Source: a virus (taxonomy: Duplodnaviria; Caudoviricetes). Taken from it: a stretch of 64,000 bases of DNA. Below are positions 45,084-54,975 of this stretch, piece by piece. The translations under genes and the position numbers were made by a program. How positions within the stretch are numbered: position 1 is the first letter of the stretch; each line of letters opens with the position of its first letter. Under the pieces are notes generated by a model that did not search any database, was not told where the DNA came from, and saw only the letters and a list, made by a program, of their open reading frames with translations. The stretch covers positions 1 to 64,000 of the IMG/VR virus record IMGVR_UViG_2931736537_000001; one strand, written 5' to 3'.

Positions 45084-45409
45084 CTCCCGGGCAGGTGGCA
45101 CTCGGCGACGCGACCGCCCCGGCCTCCACGACACCCGACACCGTGCCAGCCGGCTGCTACTGGTGGACCGACCCGGACGGCGACCTCTGCCTCATGCCCG
45201 GCTGTATGGCCCGCGTCCAGGACCCCGAAGCCGAGTGCACCTGCGACAAGCTCGGCGCCCGCCTGCGCCGCGCCGAGGAGAAGCTCAAGGCTCGGCAGGA
45301 GGCCCAACGGTACGCCAGCACCTGGTGGGACGCGCTCACCGAAGCCGTCCGCGCACACCCCGACGCCGCACAGATCCTGGCCGACGCCCGCCGCCGGGCC
45401 GGCCGCTGA
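45080..45409 (+). CDS. hypothetical protein
   Basis: GTGA overlap; CLMPGC..CTC. Confidence 0.6.
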   Translation: MTPGQVALGDATAPASTTPDTVPAGCYWWTDPDGDLCLMPGCMARVQDPEAECTCDKLGARLRRAEEKLKARQEAQRYASTWWDALTEAVRAHPDAAQILADARRRAGR

Positions 45410-45425
45410 ACGGAGGACCCCGACC

Positions 45426-46208
45426 ATGGGCGCAGCCCTGCACCTCGCACACACCGCTCACCCCTCGCCCGGCGACGGTCATCGCACGAGGGGCAAGGGC
45501 GGCGGCGGGGGCGAGACCTTCGCCGACTTCGCCCGGCAGGTCTACAGCGACGAACGCGCAACACCGCAGGCCCGGGAAATGCTCCTCGCCTTCGGCTACG
45601 CCACGATGGTCGCCCACCCCGACGACGATCGGGACGGGGACGCCATCTGGGCCACCGCCCGCCGCGCCATGGGAACTACCCGCACCGGCCGCGAGTGGCG
45701 CCTGGACCAGGCCGTCGCCGACGACGCCCCCCGCTACTCCTCCAACCGGGACCGCGCGCGTCGGGTGTGCGTCGCCCCGCGGCTGCGGCCCCACCCCGAC
45801 GGACCCGACGACTTCCGCAACCAGCGCGGCATCTGCGGTAGCAGCGCCGACTGGGAGCACCACGCCGTGGAGAAGCAGGCCGGCACCGGCTGGTACAAGT
45901 ACCACTGGTACTGCCGACGCCACCTCGACCACCTCGCTCGCGTCCGCGAGCAGCTGCGCGCACCCAACAGCCGCGCGCCCGAGCCGATCCCCAACCGCGG
46001 TGGCCTGCTCCCCGTGTACTTCGAGTCCGACTGGCTCGCCATGTACCGCCAGCGCCTCGGCGTCCCCGACTGGGAGCCCCCGGTCTACGGCATCTGCGCC
46101 GACGACTGGCCCGTGCCCGGCGTGGAGAAGGTCCCGCCCCGCCCTCGGCTCCGCCTGGCCGCGGTCGACGGAACCGTCCTGGTCGAGGCCCCCGACGCCG
46201 GCCATTGA
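45426..46208 (+). CDS. hypothetical protein
   Basis: GGAGG RBS; CG...WYCRRH...PIPNRGGLLP. Confidence 0.75.
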   Translation: MGAALHLAHTAHPSPGDGHRTRGKGGGGGETFADFARQVYSDERATPQAREMLLAFGYATMVAHPDDDRDGDAIWATARRAMGTTRTGREWRLDQAVADDAPRYSSNRDRARRVCVAPRLRPHPDGPDDFRNQRGICGSSADWEHHAVEKQAGTGWYKYHWYCRRHLDHLARVREQLRAPNSRAPEPIPNRGGLLPVYFESDWLAMYRQRLGVPDWEPPVYGICADDWPVPGVEKVPPRPRLRLAAVDGTVLVEAPDAGH

Positions 46209-46247
46209 GCCCCTCCTGAACCGACACAACCCCCGGAGACACACCTC

Positions 46248-46742
46248 ATGACCTTCGCGTACAAGGACCCCGACGGCTTCGGCCTCCTCATCACCCGCAC
46301 CACCGATCAGCGCGGCCGCGAGGTCCTGGACCTCTCGGTCAGCAACCCGGCCGACGGCCAGGGCTGGCAGAGCGGCAGCAACGTGCAGATCCCCGAGGAG
46401 AAGCTCCTCGCCGGCGTCCAGGAAACCGCCACCGCCTCCACCGACCCCCGCCAGCCACTGCGCCTGGTCATCGAACGGCCCGAGCCCGGCGACTGGCACG
46501 GACGCCTCGACGTCCTCGAAGCGCTCGAAGACGCGGGCTGGACCGCCGATCCGGAGTACCCGCTGAGCATCCTGCGCCACCCGTCCGGCGCCGTCTGGGC
46601 CGTGACCAACGAGTCCGGCGACTCCGGGCTCACCTGCCCCAATGGGGCGAACACCGCCTTCCCGTCGGACACTCCATCCATCGTCGTCATCGCCGCCTGC
46701 CTCGCTGCCACCCACACCACCGTGCCCAGCGAGGCCAGGTGA
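46248..46742 (+). CDS. hypothetical protein (DUF317-like C-terminus)
   Basis: GGAG RBS; L.DAGW...AFPSDTP..V..A. Confidence 0.6.
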   Translation: MTFAYKDPDGFGLLITRTTDQRGREVLDLSVSNPADGQGWQSGSNVQIPEEKLLAGVQETATASTDPRQPLRLVIERPEPGDWHGRLDVLEALEDAGWTADPEYPLSILRHPSGAVWAVTNESGDSGLTCPNGANTAFPSDTPSIVVIAACLAATHTTVPSEAR

Positions 46743-47128
46743 CCGACGAACTCGCCGAGCGGCGAAGCAGCGCCCGGGCGGCCCACCGCCGGCCGGGCCG
46801 GGGCGCCGCGCCGACGCCGCCTGCCGAACCGCCCCGCTGGGTACGGACCTTCGTCATCCCCCGGGACGCCTGCGAGCCGTGCGCCCGGCACCACCACCAC
46901 CGCTGCCACGGCGTCGACGTCCTCCTGGACCCCATCCCCGACTGCCCGTGCGACTGTGGCGACCCGCGCAACCCGCTGCTCCTCAACGCCCGGGCCTGGG
47001 CCGACCTCGCCCTGTACGCCCCTGACCAGGTGTGGGTGGCCGCCATGTTCGAGCGGCAGCGCGCCGCCGGCATCCACCAGTGCACCTGGCGCAACGACGA
47101 CAGTGGCCTGCGGGCTGCCAAAGGGTGA
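46739..47128 (+). CDS. Cys/His-rich hypothetical protein
   Basis: GTGA overlap; CEPC..HHHHRC..CPCDC. Confidence 0.6.
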   Translation: MTDELAERRSSARAAHRRPGRGAAPTPPAEPPRWVRTFVIPRDACEPCARHHHHRCHGVDVLLDPIPDCPCDCGDPRNPLLLNARAWADLALYAPDQVWVAAMFERQRAAGIHQCTWRNDDSGLRAAKG

Positions 47129-47500
47129 AGATCGGTCTCCTGGGCAGCGTTCATGTGCCAGCATGGGCTCGTGCAGTCGAAACGATCGCGTGTCCGCAAG
47201 AGCCGGGGCCAGACGGCCCTGTTGCTGCGCGCATTGATCGTTCTGGCGCTGGACATGTTCCTGGGCGTGGGGGCAGCGGGGGGCCGTCGAGGCCTTGGGG
47301 GGCACGCTTGGGGCACCTGGTCGCAGATGGCGAGGGTGTTTTTGTGGCCAGCACTTCGGCTTCAGAACTGAGAGTTCCTTCCCGAGCCCTTGAGGGCCTC
47401 CGGAGGAACCCGTGCGCATGCGGGACGCTGCGCTCATCGACGAGCTGAAATCGCGGGTTTCCCTCTTCTGCTCACCTCAGACGAGAGAGATCCATCAGGC

Positions 47501-47704
47501 ATGTCTCAGCAGAACCCGGCACAGCGCGGCGAGAACGAACCTCTGAACCGTGACGAGCGGACGCCGGCAGCGGCGCCGCAGGCCGACGCTGTCCCGAGGG
47601 CAGCTCTCGTTGGCGCGGTCAAGGGAACGATGATCGGCCTCGGAACCAAGGCCGGGAAGTGGCTCTGGGAGAAGGGCGTGGAGCTGAAGGACCACTGGCA
47701 GTGA
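47501..47704 (+). CDS. small hypothetical protein
   Basis: Amphipathic C-terminus; weak RBS. Confidence 0.45.
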   Translation: MSQQNPAQRGENEPLNRDERTPAAAPQADAVPRAALVGAVKGTMIGLGTKAGKWLWEKGVELKDHWQ

Positions 47705-47768
47705 GTTGTACGCCGGTGACCTTGCAGGCTTCTGATCTGCGGGTTTGGGCTCAACGGACTTCCATCTA

Positions 47769-47789
47769 TGCAACGTAGCGTTGTAATGT
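47769..47789 (+). promoter_or_regulatory. 17-bp palindromic operator (second family) overlapping -10 TAATGT
   Basis: TGCAACG-TAG-CGTTGTA at 47769-47785. Confidence 0.6.
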
Positions 47790-47841
47790 GGGGGGTGTTG
47801 GCGGGGACGGTCCCCGCCACACACCACGGAGGGAGCCCCCC

Positions 47842-48345
47842 ATGGCCACCACGACGGACACCGCCTACACCACCGGCGACATCGTCAAGGGCCGCCCCCT
47901 GAAGGAGGGCGTACCGCAGCCGGTCCGGAAGGGCATCGTCCTCCGCCTTTACGGCAACGACGCCTCGAGCGGCTACCTCGTCTGGTGGTACGGCAAGGGC
48001 CCCGCCTCCATGAAGACCGTCTCCTTGATGTTCGGCCGCGAACTCCGCCGCGCCGGCGTCCTCGAGGACCTGTCCCTGCGGCTGATCACCACCATCGAAC
48101 GCGGCGCCGCGACCTTCAACGACGCCCTGCCGATCGCCTACAAGGCCGGGAACCTCCGCCTTCGCAGGCGGCGCTTCCGCATCCAGGACGTCCCCGCCGA
48201 CTGGTCCCCGGCCCACCGCTGCTGCCTTGAGTGCGGCAACACCGAGCCCCAGGTACGGCTGAAGGCCATCACCCACACCGGAACCTCCCAGCAGGCCCTC
48301 GCCTGCGACCGGCACGCCGACCAGGTCGGCGCCGCCCTGGGCTGA
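47842..48345 (+). CDS. hypothetical protein with SH3-like N-terminus and C-terminal CxxC...CxxH
   Basis: GGAGGGAG RBS; GDIV...GIV...GYLVWW; hairpin after the stop. Confidence 0.7.
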   Translation: MATTTDTAYTTGDIVKGRPLKEGVPQPVRKGIVLRLYGNDASSGYLVWWYGKGPASMKTVSLMFGRELRRAGVLEDLSLRLITTIERGAATFNDALPIAYKAGNLRLRRRRFRIQDVPADWSPAHRCCLECGNTEPQVRLKAITHTGTSQQALACDRHADQVGAALG

Positions 48346-48469
48346 CCTCCAGCCCCAGTAGCCCCCGCTCGCGCGCGGGGCTACGGCTCCTTCAGCACCT
48401 GGGCGATGCGGCACGTCTATGGTGCGGCCTATTCACCCCGTGCGGCCCATCCGGCTGCCACCGAGCCGA

Positions 48470-49831
48470 TCAGGCTGGCCTCTCCACGGTCTGCGACAGC
48501 AGGTAGTGCTGCACCGCCTCGACGACGTGCTCGGGGTGCCCGCCGACGCGCTGCCCAGGTTGCAGAGGCCGGTCGGCGACCGCCGACCACCCGCCGGCCT
48601 CGTCAGCGACCTTGCTGAACAGCCAGGCCAGGTTCGCGGCAACCTCCACGTACACGTCCGGGCCCGTCACCCAGCCCTGCACGACCCGCACGAGTTCCGA
48701 GACCGCGGCCTCGTCGAACCGGGTCTTCTTCTCCGCCAGGTCCACGCCGACGTTCCACGCCAGGCGCACCATGTCCTCCGACTCCCACGAGCCCTCCCGG
48801 CCGGCCATCATCCGGTAGCGAGCTCCGCCCTCCCGCCCGGCGCCCGCGTCCTCGAGCACGAGCCGGTACAACGCCACCAGCAGCGACCCCGCCGCCTTCC
48901 GACCGGCACCGACCAGAGCCGCCTTCACCGCGGCGCAGTCCTCATCCGTCGGCGGCACCACCGGGCGCAGCGGCCCCCGGGTCAGTTCCAGCATGGTGAA
49001 GTCCAGCGTCTCCAGCTCACGCCGGTGCCCACCGTCCGCGTCGAACGTCCCATCCCCGCTGCGCAGGTACCAGCCCTGGTAGAACCGGTCGACGACGCGG
49101 TACGGCCGCCGACTGCTGGAGCTGGTCTTCGCGGCGCCCCCGCGCGCGTTGGGAACCATCTCCGGCAGGTCCTGGCCGGCCGCCTCGCCTTGCGGCTCCC
49201 GTACGGCAGCCGCCAGTTCGGTCCGGCGTGCAGCGACCAGCGGAGCCCACCCGGCGGGCATCTCCGCGTGCTCGCCACCTGTGTGCGCAACGAACTGGGC
49301 TCCGTTGTACAGGGCCAGCGCCTTCTCGTTGTCGAGCGGCATGGCGACGGGGTGACCTTCGACCGGGACCGGGTACTGCTCGAGGACCCAGGCTTTGCCG
49401 GCGTCGTAGAAGTCGGTGACGACCGCTTCCCACTCTCCCGCACGAGCCCACGGGCGAACCGCCCAGGCGTTGACGAGCAGCATCGCGCCGACGTGCCCCG
49501 GCAGTTGCTGCTCCGGCTCCCAGCCCTGCGGCAGGACGACGACGTCGGCCCGGCCCTCATACTCCTCGCCGGTCTTCTCTCGGCGCAGCGTGTGCAGCTG
49601 GTCAGCGAGGGCCTGGACGAAGGCGTGCCGGTCGAGGGCGGCCGGCACGGTGCAGGCGAACACGAACGGCACGACGTGCAGCTCCATGGGCGGGGCTGTG
49701 GGGTCGGCCGACTTCTGCGACGCGGAGGCGCCGCCGTCCAACGTGTGACTGGCCTGGGTGTAGCGCCTCTCGCGGTTCTCGCCCTGGGCGGCACGGATGG
49801 CGCGGGTACGGGCGCGGGAGTCCTTCGGCAT
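48470..49831 (-). CDS. multi-domain hypothetical protein with short basic N-terminal motif
   Basis: AGGAG RBS; MPKDSRARTRAIRAAQGENRERRYTQA. Confidence 0.8.
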   Translation of the reverse strand: MPKDSRARTRAIRAAQGENRERRYTQASHTLDGGASASQKSADPTAPPMELHVVPFVFACTVPAALDRHAFVQALADQLHTLRREKTGEEYEGRADVVVLPQGWEPEQQLPGHVGAMLLVNAWAVRPWARAGEWEAVVTDFYDAGKAWVLEQYPVPVEGHPVAMPLDNEKALALYNGAQFVAHTGGEHAEMPAGWAPLVAARRTELAAAVREPQGEAAGQDLPEMVPNARGGAAKTSSSSRRPYRVVDRFYQGWYLRSGDGTFDADGGHRRELETLDFTMLELTRGPLRPVVPPTDEDCAAVKAALVGAGRKAAGSLLVALYRLVLEDAGAGREGGARYRMMAGREGSWESEDMVRLAWNVGVDLAEKKTRFDEAAVSELVRVVQGWVTGPDVYVEVAANLAWLFSKVADEAGGWSAVADRPLQPGQRVGGHPEHVVEAVQHYLLSQTVERPA

Positions 49832-49992
49832 CGGAACACTCCTGGTTCACGGCATGCCCCACGCGCACGCCGCACAGTCAAGAGTGGGGCGATGCAGGCC
49901 GCACGAGGAGTCGGAGACGTCTTGTCCGGCTGTGGGATCCCGGGCGTGGGCCGGCTCCCTCACGGAGTCTGGCGGTCGTGCACCGCCGCGGC
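49832..49992 (-). ncRNA. candidate cis-regulatory leader RNA, copy A
   Basis: CCCACGCC..CGGACAAG..GCCCCAC..GCGTGGGG..RBS; -10 TAGAGT at 49997-50002. Confidence 0.5.
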
Positions 49993-50036
49993 TCCGACTC
50001 TAGCGGACCGGCCTGCCCTCCCACAGTGCGTCTGGG

Positions 50037-50312
50037 TCACCGCGTGCGGGGCGCTCCGGGGTAGCCGACCGCGTCCGCGTACCGGGAGGCCTCGTTCACC
50101 AGCCAGGCCAGCTGCCTCCCCGCGGCCGCCACGTCGCCGTCTTCCAGCTTGGCCATCCCGTACCCGTAGGAGTACCCGGCCATCCGGCTCAGGACCGGGT
50201 CGAGCTTCTCCGTGCTGATGTCCCGCAGGAACCCGAACCACGTCTCGAGGTCAACGCGCAGCGCCTCGACGCTACGGTCCCGGCCTGCCGGTATGTCGTC
50301 GCTCTTGGTCAT
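50037..50312 (-). CDS. small hypothetical protein
   Basis: Normal composition. Confidence 0.6.
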   Translation of the reverse strand: MTKSDDIPAGRDRSVEALRVDLETWFGFLRDISTEKLDPVLSRMAGYSYGYGMAKLEDGDVAAAGRQLAWLVNEASRYADAVGYPGAPRTR

Positions 50313-50342
50313 CCGCCGAGGGTAGATCGCGCCCCGGACGCT

Positions 50343-50978
50343 TCACACACTGGCCGGTGTCCCGGGCAACCGGTGGCCCGGTACCCACCACGCCGGCGGC
50401 TGCGGGGCGTCGTCCTCCCACTGGTACAGGGTGAGGTCGTCCTGGTGCTCGTCGGAGTGGCCACGCCACCGCGTGCAGTACTGGCGCCCGTCGCCGGGGG
50501 CGACGTACATGGACGGGCACCGGTTCTTCCCCTGGAAGCGGACCCGCAGCTCGTCGGGGTAGGTCGTGGCTGGCTCCACGGTCCAGTCCGCGGCCTCCAG
50601 CGTGGTGACGAGGATGCGCACCGCCTCCACCGCAGGCTGGGGCTCCAGCCGTACGCAGCCGCCGCGGCTGACGTCCTGCCCGAGCGACGTGCTCGAGATG
50701 GTGTACGGGTACTTGCGCAGGGCCCGGTCGGTGAGGTCCCACATCCATTCGCGCGTCTCCACGAGGAAGTACCCGGTGCGCCGCTCGACTCCGGCGCGCG
50801 TGGGGAACTCGTGCAGCCGGTTGACGTCGACCTCCCGCTCACGGCGGCCGGTGGCTGCGTCCGCGATGCGTACCCGCTTCCCGCCCGGGCGCACGATCCG
50901 CACGTACCGGGTCACCGCGTCCTCGGGCTGCCCGCACGGCGCGTACACCTGGCCGCGCTTGAGGTGACAACTCTCCAC
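50343..50978 (-). CDS. hypothetical protein
   Basis: GGGAG RBS; C...C....GH...H motif. Confidence 0.65.
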   Translation of the reverse strand: MESCHLKRGQVYAPCGQPEDAVTRYVRIVRPGGKRVRIADAATGRREREVDVNRLHEFPTRAGVERRTGYFLVETREWMWDLTDRALRKYPYTISSTSLGQDVSRGGCVRLEPQPAVEAVRILVTTLEAADWTVEPATTYPDELRVRFQGKNRCPSMYVAPGDGRQYCTRWRGHSDEHQDDLTLYQWEDDAPQPPAWWVPGHRLPGTPASV

Positions 50979-51056
50979 GGCAACTCCCGGGCTCGCCTGG
51001 CGACCCGACGACTCTATCCCCGCCCGGTCCAGCCCACCGGCCCAACGCCGGACCGG

Positions 51057-51611
51057 TCAGAAGCTCGCGGCCGGCATCCCCCCGGACGGCCACACGCAGC
51101 CCTCGCAGCGATCGTTCCGGTCGTGCCCGGCCACCTCCCAGTGCGCCTGCTTCAGCGCCCAGAAGGCCGCCCGGTACGTTTCCCGCGCGCGCAGGCACCA
51201 CTCCCGTTCCACGGCGTTGAGATGCGACCAGCACGCCTGCAGGCCGTCGACCTCGACGAAGCCCTCCGGCCACTCCGCGGCCTGTCGGGTACAGGGCCTG
51301 CCGTCCTCCCGGGCCCGGGTACACAGCGGCTTCTCGGTGCCGAGCCGGGCGCCCCACGGCGGGCTGGTGAACCGCACCCAGTCCGCCGGCAGCGTCCGGA
51401 CGACGCCTGGCGGCGGCAGCCGCACGTCCAGGTGTAGGCGCCCGCGGACGGCCCGCTGCCCGGCAGGCTCGGTGTCGATCGGGACCCCGGTCGACGCCCA
51501 CGACCCGGCCAGCCGCTCAGCGATGGCCTGCAGCGTGGCAGCGTCGCCGGCCACGATGTCCACCACGGCCAGCCCGGGCTCCGCCACGAGGGCGCGGTTG
51601 ATGTCTCCCAT
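51057..51611 (-). CDS. DUF6207-like domain plus Cys-rich domain
   Basis: EPGLAVVDIVAGD..T.......L...WAS.G...R..LDVR. Confidence 0.65.
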   Translation of the reverse strand: MGDINRALVAEPGLAVVDIVAGDAATLQAIAERLAGSWASTGVPIDTEPAGQRAVRGRLHLDVRLPPPGVVRTLPADWVRFTSPPWGARLGTEKPLCTRAREDGRPCTRQAAEWPEGFVEVDGLQACWSHLNAVEREWCLRARETYRAAFWALKQAHWEVAGHDRNDRCEGCVWPSGGMPAASF

Positions 51612-51799
51612 GCCGATGGGGACCGCGTCCGCCGGGCGGTAGTTGCGCAGCGGCGATCAGTTCACTCTGCCGGATGACGTCCCGCCTGAAGCTGCCTAGC
51701 CCAGGGATCCACTCCGAATCCCCCGGTACCAGGCCGGAACAGTGTCGTCCGCCCATAGCCTGGTCGGGGAACAACGAACGTCACGAGGGAGCACACCGG

Positions 51800-52387
51800 G
51801 TGGACTGGATCGTCACTGCTACCCAACAGACCGCCTCGAGTAGCAGTCCCGTCTGGCTGTCGGCTCTGCTCGGTGGTGTCGGCGCGATGCTGGGAGGCTC
51901 GATCACCTCTGTGGTGGCCTGGCGTGTCCTGTCCGACACGAAGTCGGCCAGGCGGCGTGCCGAAGAGCGCGAGGCGTCAGCGGCCATCAGCGCCGCCCTC
52001 CTGAAGGTCCGCCAGAAGTACAAGAATGACGGCATGGGCACCGACCGGCTCCCGGAGGGGTTCGACACCTGGCCCGACTACTTCCACTCGCTCCTTGGCG
52101 AAGCGGAAGTCGCTGTCCTGACCTTCACCGACAGGGGTCTACGGGACCGCCTCACCGGCTCCCTCGATCTGCTGATCTGGGGCGCCCACGATGACCAGCT
52201 ACTTCACGAGAGCCGCCTGAGCTTTCCACGCGTGGTGGCGTACGCGGCGTACAACGATGCCCTTGCGTGCCTCGGCGCCAACCTCCGCAACGAGCCGCTG
52301 CCCAACCCCACAGACACTTGGACTACGGCGCACCGCCAGCTGCAGTGGCAGGAGGAGCAGGTACGGCGGGCAGAAGCAGGAGAGTAG
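51800..52387 (+). CDS. membrane-anchored hypothetical protein
   Basis: GAGGGAG RBS; TM segment WLSALLGGVGAMLGG. Confidence 0.65.
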   Translation: MDWIVTATQQTASSSSPVWLSALLGGVGAMLGGSITSVVAWRVLSDTKSARRRAEEREASAAISAALLKVRQKYKNDGMGTDRLPEGFDTWPDYFHSLLGEAEVAVLTFTDRGLRDRLTGSLDLLIWGAHDDQLLHESRLSFPRVVAYAAYNDALACLGANLRNEPLPNPTDTWTTAHRQLQWQEEQVRRAEAGE

Positions 52388-52589
52388 CCGCAGCACCACT
52401 GTGCCGTCCGCAACGCTAAGGCGATCGCCCGGCTGCGGACGGCCCTGGCCCGAGCAGTCCGGCCGGCCCCGCCGCTCTCGTACGGCCTCGGGGCACGTCC
52501 TAATCATCCCACCGGGCAACGGGCCGTCAGCGGGCGACCGTCGATGCGGTCCGTACCCGGTTGTCGGCGGCAGCCGGTACCGTAGTGAC

Positions 52590-52771
52590 CACGGCATGAC
52601 GCGAACCGCCGTTTCCGCTGCCGCCCCAGCGCCCACGCCGCACCGGGGCAGCGCCGTCGGACAAGGACCGCACCAGGGTCCCGCGCAGCACCACCTGAAG
52701 CACCCGTCCGTCCGGCTGCGCCCCTCACGCGACGTCCGGCGGGAAGCGTGGGGTCCCGCATGGAGACGACC
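52590..52771 (+). ncRNA. candidate cis-regulatory leader RNA, copy B
   Basis: CCCACGCC (52632), CGGACAAG (52658), CCCCTCACGC (52721), GCGTGGGG (52746), GGAG RBS. Confidence 0.5.
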
Positions 52772-53335
52772 GTGACCAAAGCAGGCAGCGACTACCTCAA
52801 GAACCAGGCCCGCGAGATCCGCAGGACCACAGGCCGGCGGCTCCCCGACATCCTCGCCGAGCTGCGCGCCCCCCGCCGGGCGCCGTCCAAGGAACTCGTC
52901 CCGCTGTGCAAGGGCTTCGCACACCCCATCGACGGAGGGCGCTGCGCCCAGGTGGCCGGCCACCCGGGCCACTGGACGTGGTGCGGGTCAGAACCGCACT
53001 TCGCCGCGCACGTCTGGCAGGGCTACGTCGAGGCCCGGGACGCCGCCGAGCACGCCAAGCACGAGGCGTGGCTGGCCTCCCTGACCGCCAAGGAACGCAC
53101 GGAGTACGAGGCCGAGCAAGAGGCCGCGCACTGGGCGCAGATGGCCGAAGACGCCCGCGAGCCGTACGACCCGGACGAGGAGAGGGCCATCGAATTCGCG
53201 CTCGACGCAGCCGACGAGGAACGCTGGGAGGCGCAGCGGGAGGCGGAGATGACCGAGCGGGCCGACGACGACGGCTACGTCGACCTCACCGATGACGAGT
53301 ACTACGGGTACTTCGCCGACGAGGACCCCCGATGA
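52772..53335 (+). CDS. protein with basic N-terminal motif and very acidic C-terminus
   Basis: GTG after GGAG; LKNQAREIRRTTGRRLPDILAEL. Confidence 0.7.
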   Translation: MTKAGSDYLKNQAREIRRTTGRRLPDILAELRAPRRAPSKELVPLCKGFAHPIDGGRCAQVAGHPGHWTWCGSEPHFAAHVWQGYVEARDAAEHAKHEAWLASLTAKERTEYEAEQEAAHWAQMAEDAREPYDPDEERAIEFALDAADEERWEAQREAEMTERADDDGYVDLTDDEYYGYFADEDPR

Positions 53336-53856
53336 CCAGGTACTGGTCGGTCGTGCAGCACCGCGCCGCCGAGTACTCCCTCGCGCAGCAGCAGCCCGGC
53401 GCCTCCCTGCTGGCCGGCCTGCCGGTGATGGCCGCGCACGCCGCCGCCTTCTCGGCTTTCCACACCCTGCACGTGGCGCAGTTCTGCCTGGCCGTCATCG
53501 TGTCCGAGGACTGCCCCGACCACCTGCGCGGACCGGCGGGCGTCCCGGACCTGGCCCGCCTGGTGCCCGCCGACACCGACGCCCTCACCGTGCTGGCCAC
53601 CGCCGAGGACCAGCGGGCCCTGTTCGGCTCGGGGCTCGCCGAGGAGCTGCGCAACGTGGAGGACCAGGTGGCGGCGACGGGCCGCGCCCGGGCGGCAGTC
53701 CAGCGCGTGCTGGACCAGGTCCCGCACGGGCTCGCCGGCCGCCAGCGGATGCTGGACATCGTCTACGAGCTCCGGGACGACCCGCGGGGCATCTCCGCGT
53801 TCCTCGCCCTGACCGCCGTGGCGCTGCGCGAGGTCGCGGTCCCCTCGCCCGGATGA
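53332..53856 (+). CDS. hypothetical protein
   Basis: ATGA overlap. Confidence 0.65.
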   Translation: MTRYWSVVQHRAAEYSLAQQQPGASLLAGLPVMAAHAAAFSAFHTLHVAQFCLAVIVSEDCPDHLRGPAGVPDLARLVPADTDALTVLATAEDQRALFGSGLAEELRNVEDQVAATGRARAAVQRVLDQVPHGLAGRQRMLDIVYELRDDPRGISAFLALTAVALREVAVPSPG

Positions 53857-53885
53857 CGGGCACCGCCCGCCGGCACCGGGCCCCG

Positions 53886-54170
53886 TCAGGAGGGCTGCGC
53901 GCCCTCGGCAGGCCCGGTGCGGACGACCGATGCCATGAAGCCGAGGCCGGAAGGACGCCAGGCGTCCGCGCCGGTGGGGCCGAGAGCGAAGCCCGCCTCG
54001 GCGAGACGGCGGCCTGCCGCCTCCTGCTGGAAACCCTCCCACTCCGGGAGGTCCACCGTGGCCTGGACGGCGAGGTCCTCGTCGAGGACGTTGAGCTGGT
54101 AGCCGTGCTCGACCCGGCCGTCATCGTGCGGGTGGCTGTTCGGCGTACAGACGGCCATGAGACCGGACAT
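53886..54170 (-). CDS. small hypothetical protein
   Basis: AGGAGG RBS. Confidence 0.6.
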   Translation of the reverse strand: MSGLMAVCTPNSHPHDDGRVEHGYQLNVLDEDLAVQATVDLPEWEGFQQEAAGRRLAEAGFALGPTGADAWRPSGLGFMASVVRTGPAEGAQPS

Positions 54171-54260
54171 GGGGACCTCCTGGGGGTTCACAGCGGCCGG
54201 AGCGGTTCGGGATCCGGCCGCGCCCCATCGTGCCGTACAGGGCTGACAGCCGGGGCGGGT

Positions 54261-54521
54261 TCAGGACGCGGGCACGACCGTCGGGCCCGCGATCCGCATC
54301 CGGGCGCCGTCGTACTGCACGACCTCGCCGGGCAGGATGAGCAGGCCCGCTTCTCCGTCGCGCCAGGCCTCCCCGATCCGGCGCACCTGGACCGCGGGCC
54401 CGCTGGCGCCGGCCATGAAGACCGTGGGGTCGATCTCCCAGCCGTGACCGGCCAACCACTGCTCCAGAGCGAGGGAGTCCCCGGTGCTCGCACCCCGCGG
54501 CCACTCGAACGTACTCGTCAC
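54261..54521 (-). CDS. small hypothetical protein
   Basis: AAGGGGA RBS. Confidence 0.55.
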   Translation of the reverse strand: MTSTFEWPRGASTGDSLALEQWLAGHGWEIDPTVFMAGASGPAVQVRRIGEAWRDGEAGLLILPGEVVQYDGARMRIAGPTVVPAS

Positions 54522-54723
54522 GCCAATCCCCCTTCGACCGTGCACTCCGTGGACCCGATCCTGCCACCGCCCACTGACACCCCACCGGCCGGCGACCGCA
54601 CGCCGGGAAACAGTGTGCCTGCGAAGCACAGGCGGAGCGTGGCGGCCCCGCCCTCTTCCGTAGGCGTGGCCGCGGGTGCCAAGCCTTGGAAACACAGGAA
54701 CGGGCGCCGGGTCGATGCTGGCT

Positions 54724-54975
54724 TCACAGCTCCCGGTGGATCACCTCGACGCCGTCGGCCCACGTCCGCACCGGCTCCCGTTCCTCGCCGGCGTCCACCT
54801 CGAGCGTGACGGTCACCCCGCGGACGCTGCCGTGCGTCCCGACCAGCGCCCGGAACTTGCGCAGGGCCACCTCGCCGTCGGCCCAGGTCCCCTCGATCGC
54901 CGGGCCGCCCTTGCGGAACGTCATCCGTACGTGGAAGTCCCCGCCGTCGGAGGGCTCGGCGGGCGGGGTACTCAC
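54724..54975 (-). CDS. small hypothetical protein coupled to the recombinase
   Basis: GTGA overlap with the recombinase stop. Confidence 0.55.
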   Translation of the reverse strand: MSTPPAEPSDGGDFHVRMTFRKGGPAIEGTWADGEVALRKFRALVGTHGSVRGVTVTLEVDAGEEREPVRTWADGVEVIHREL

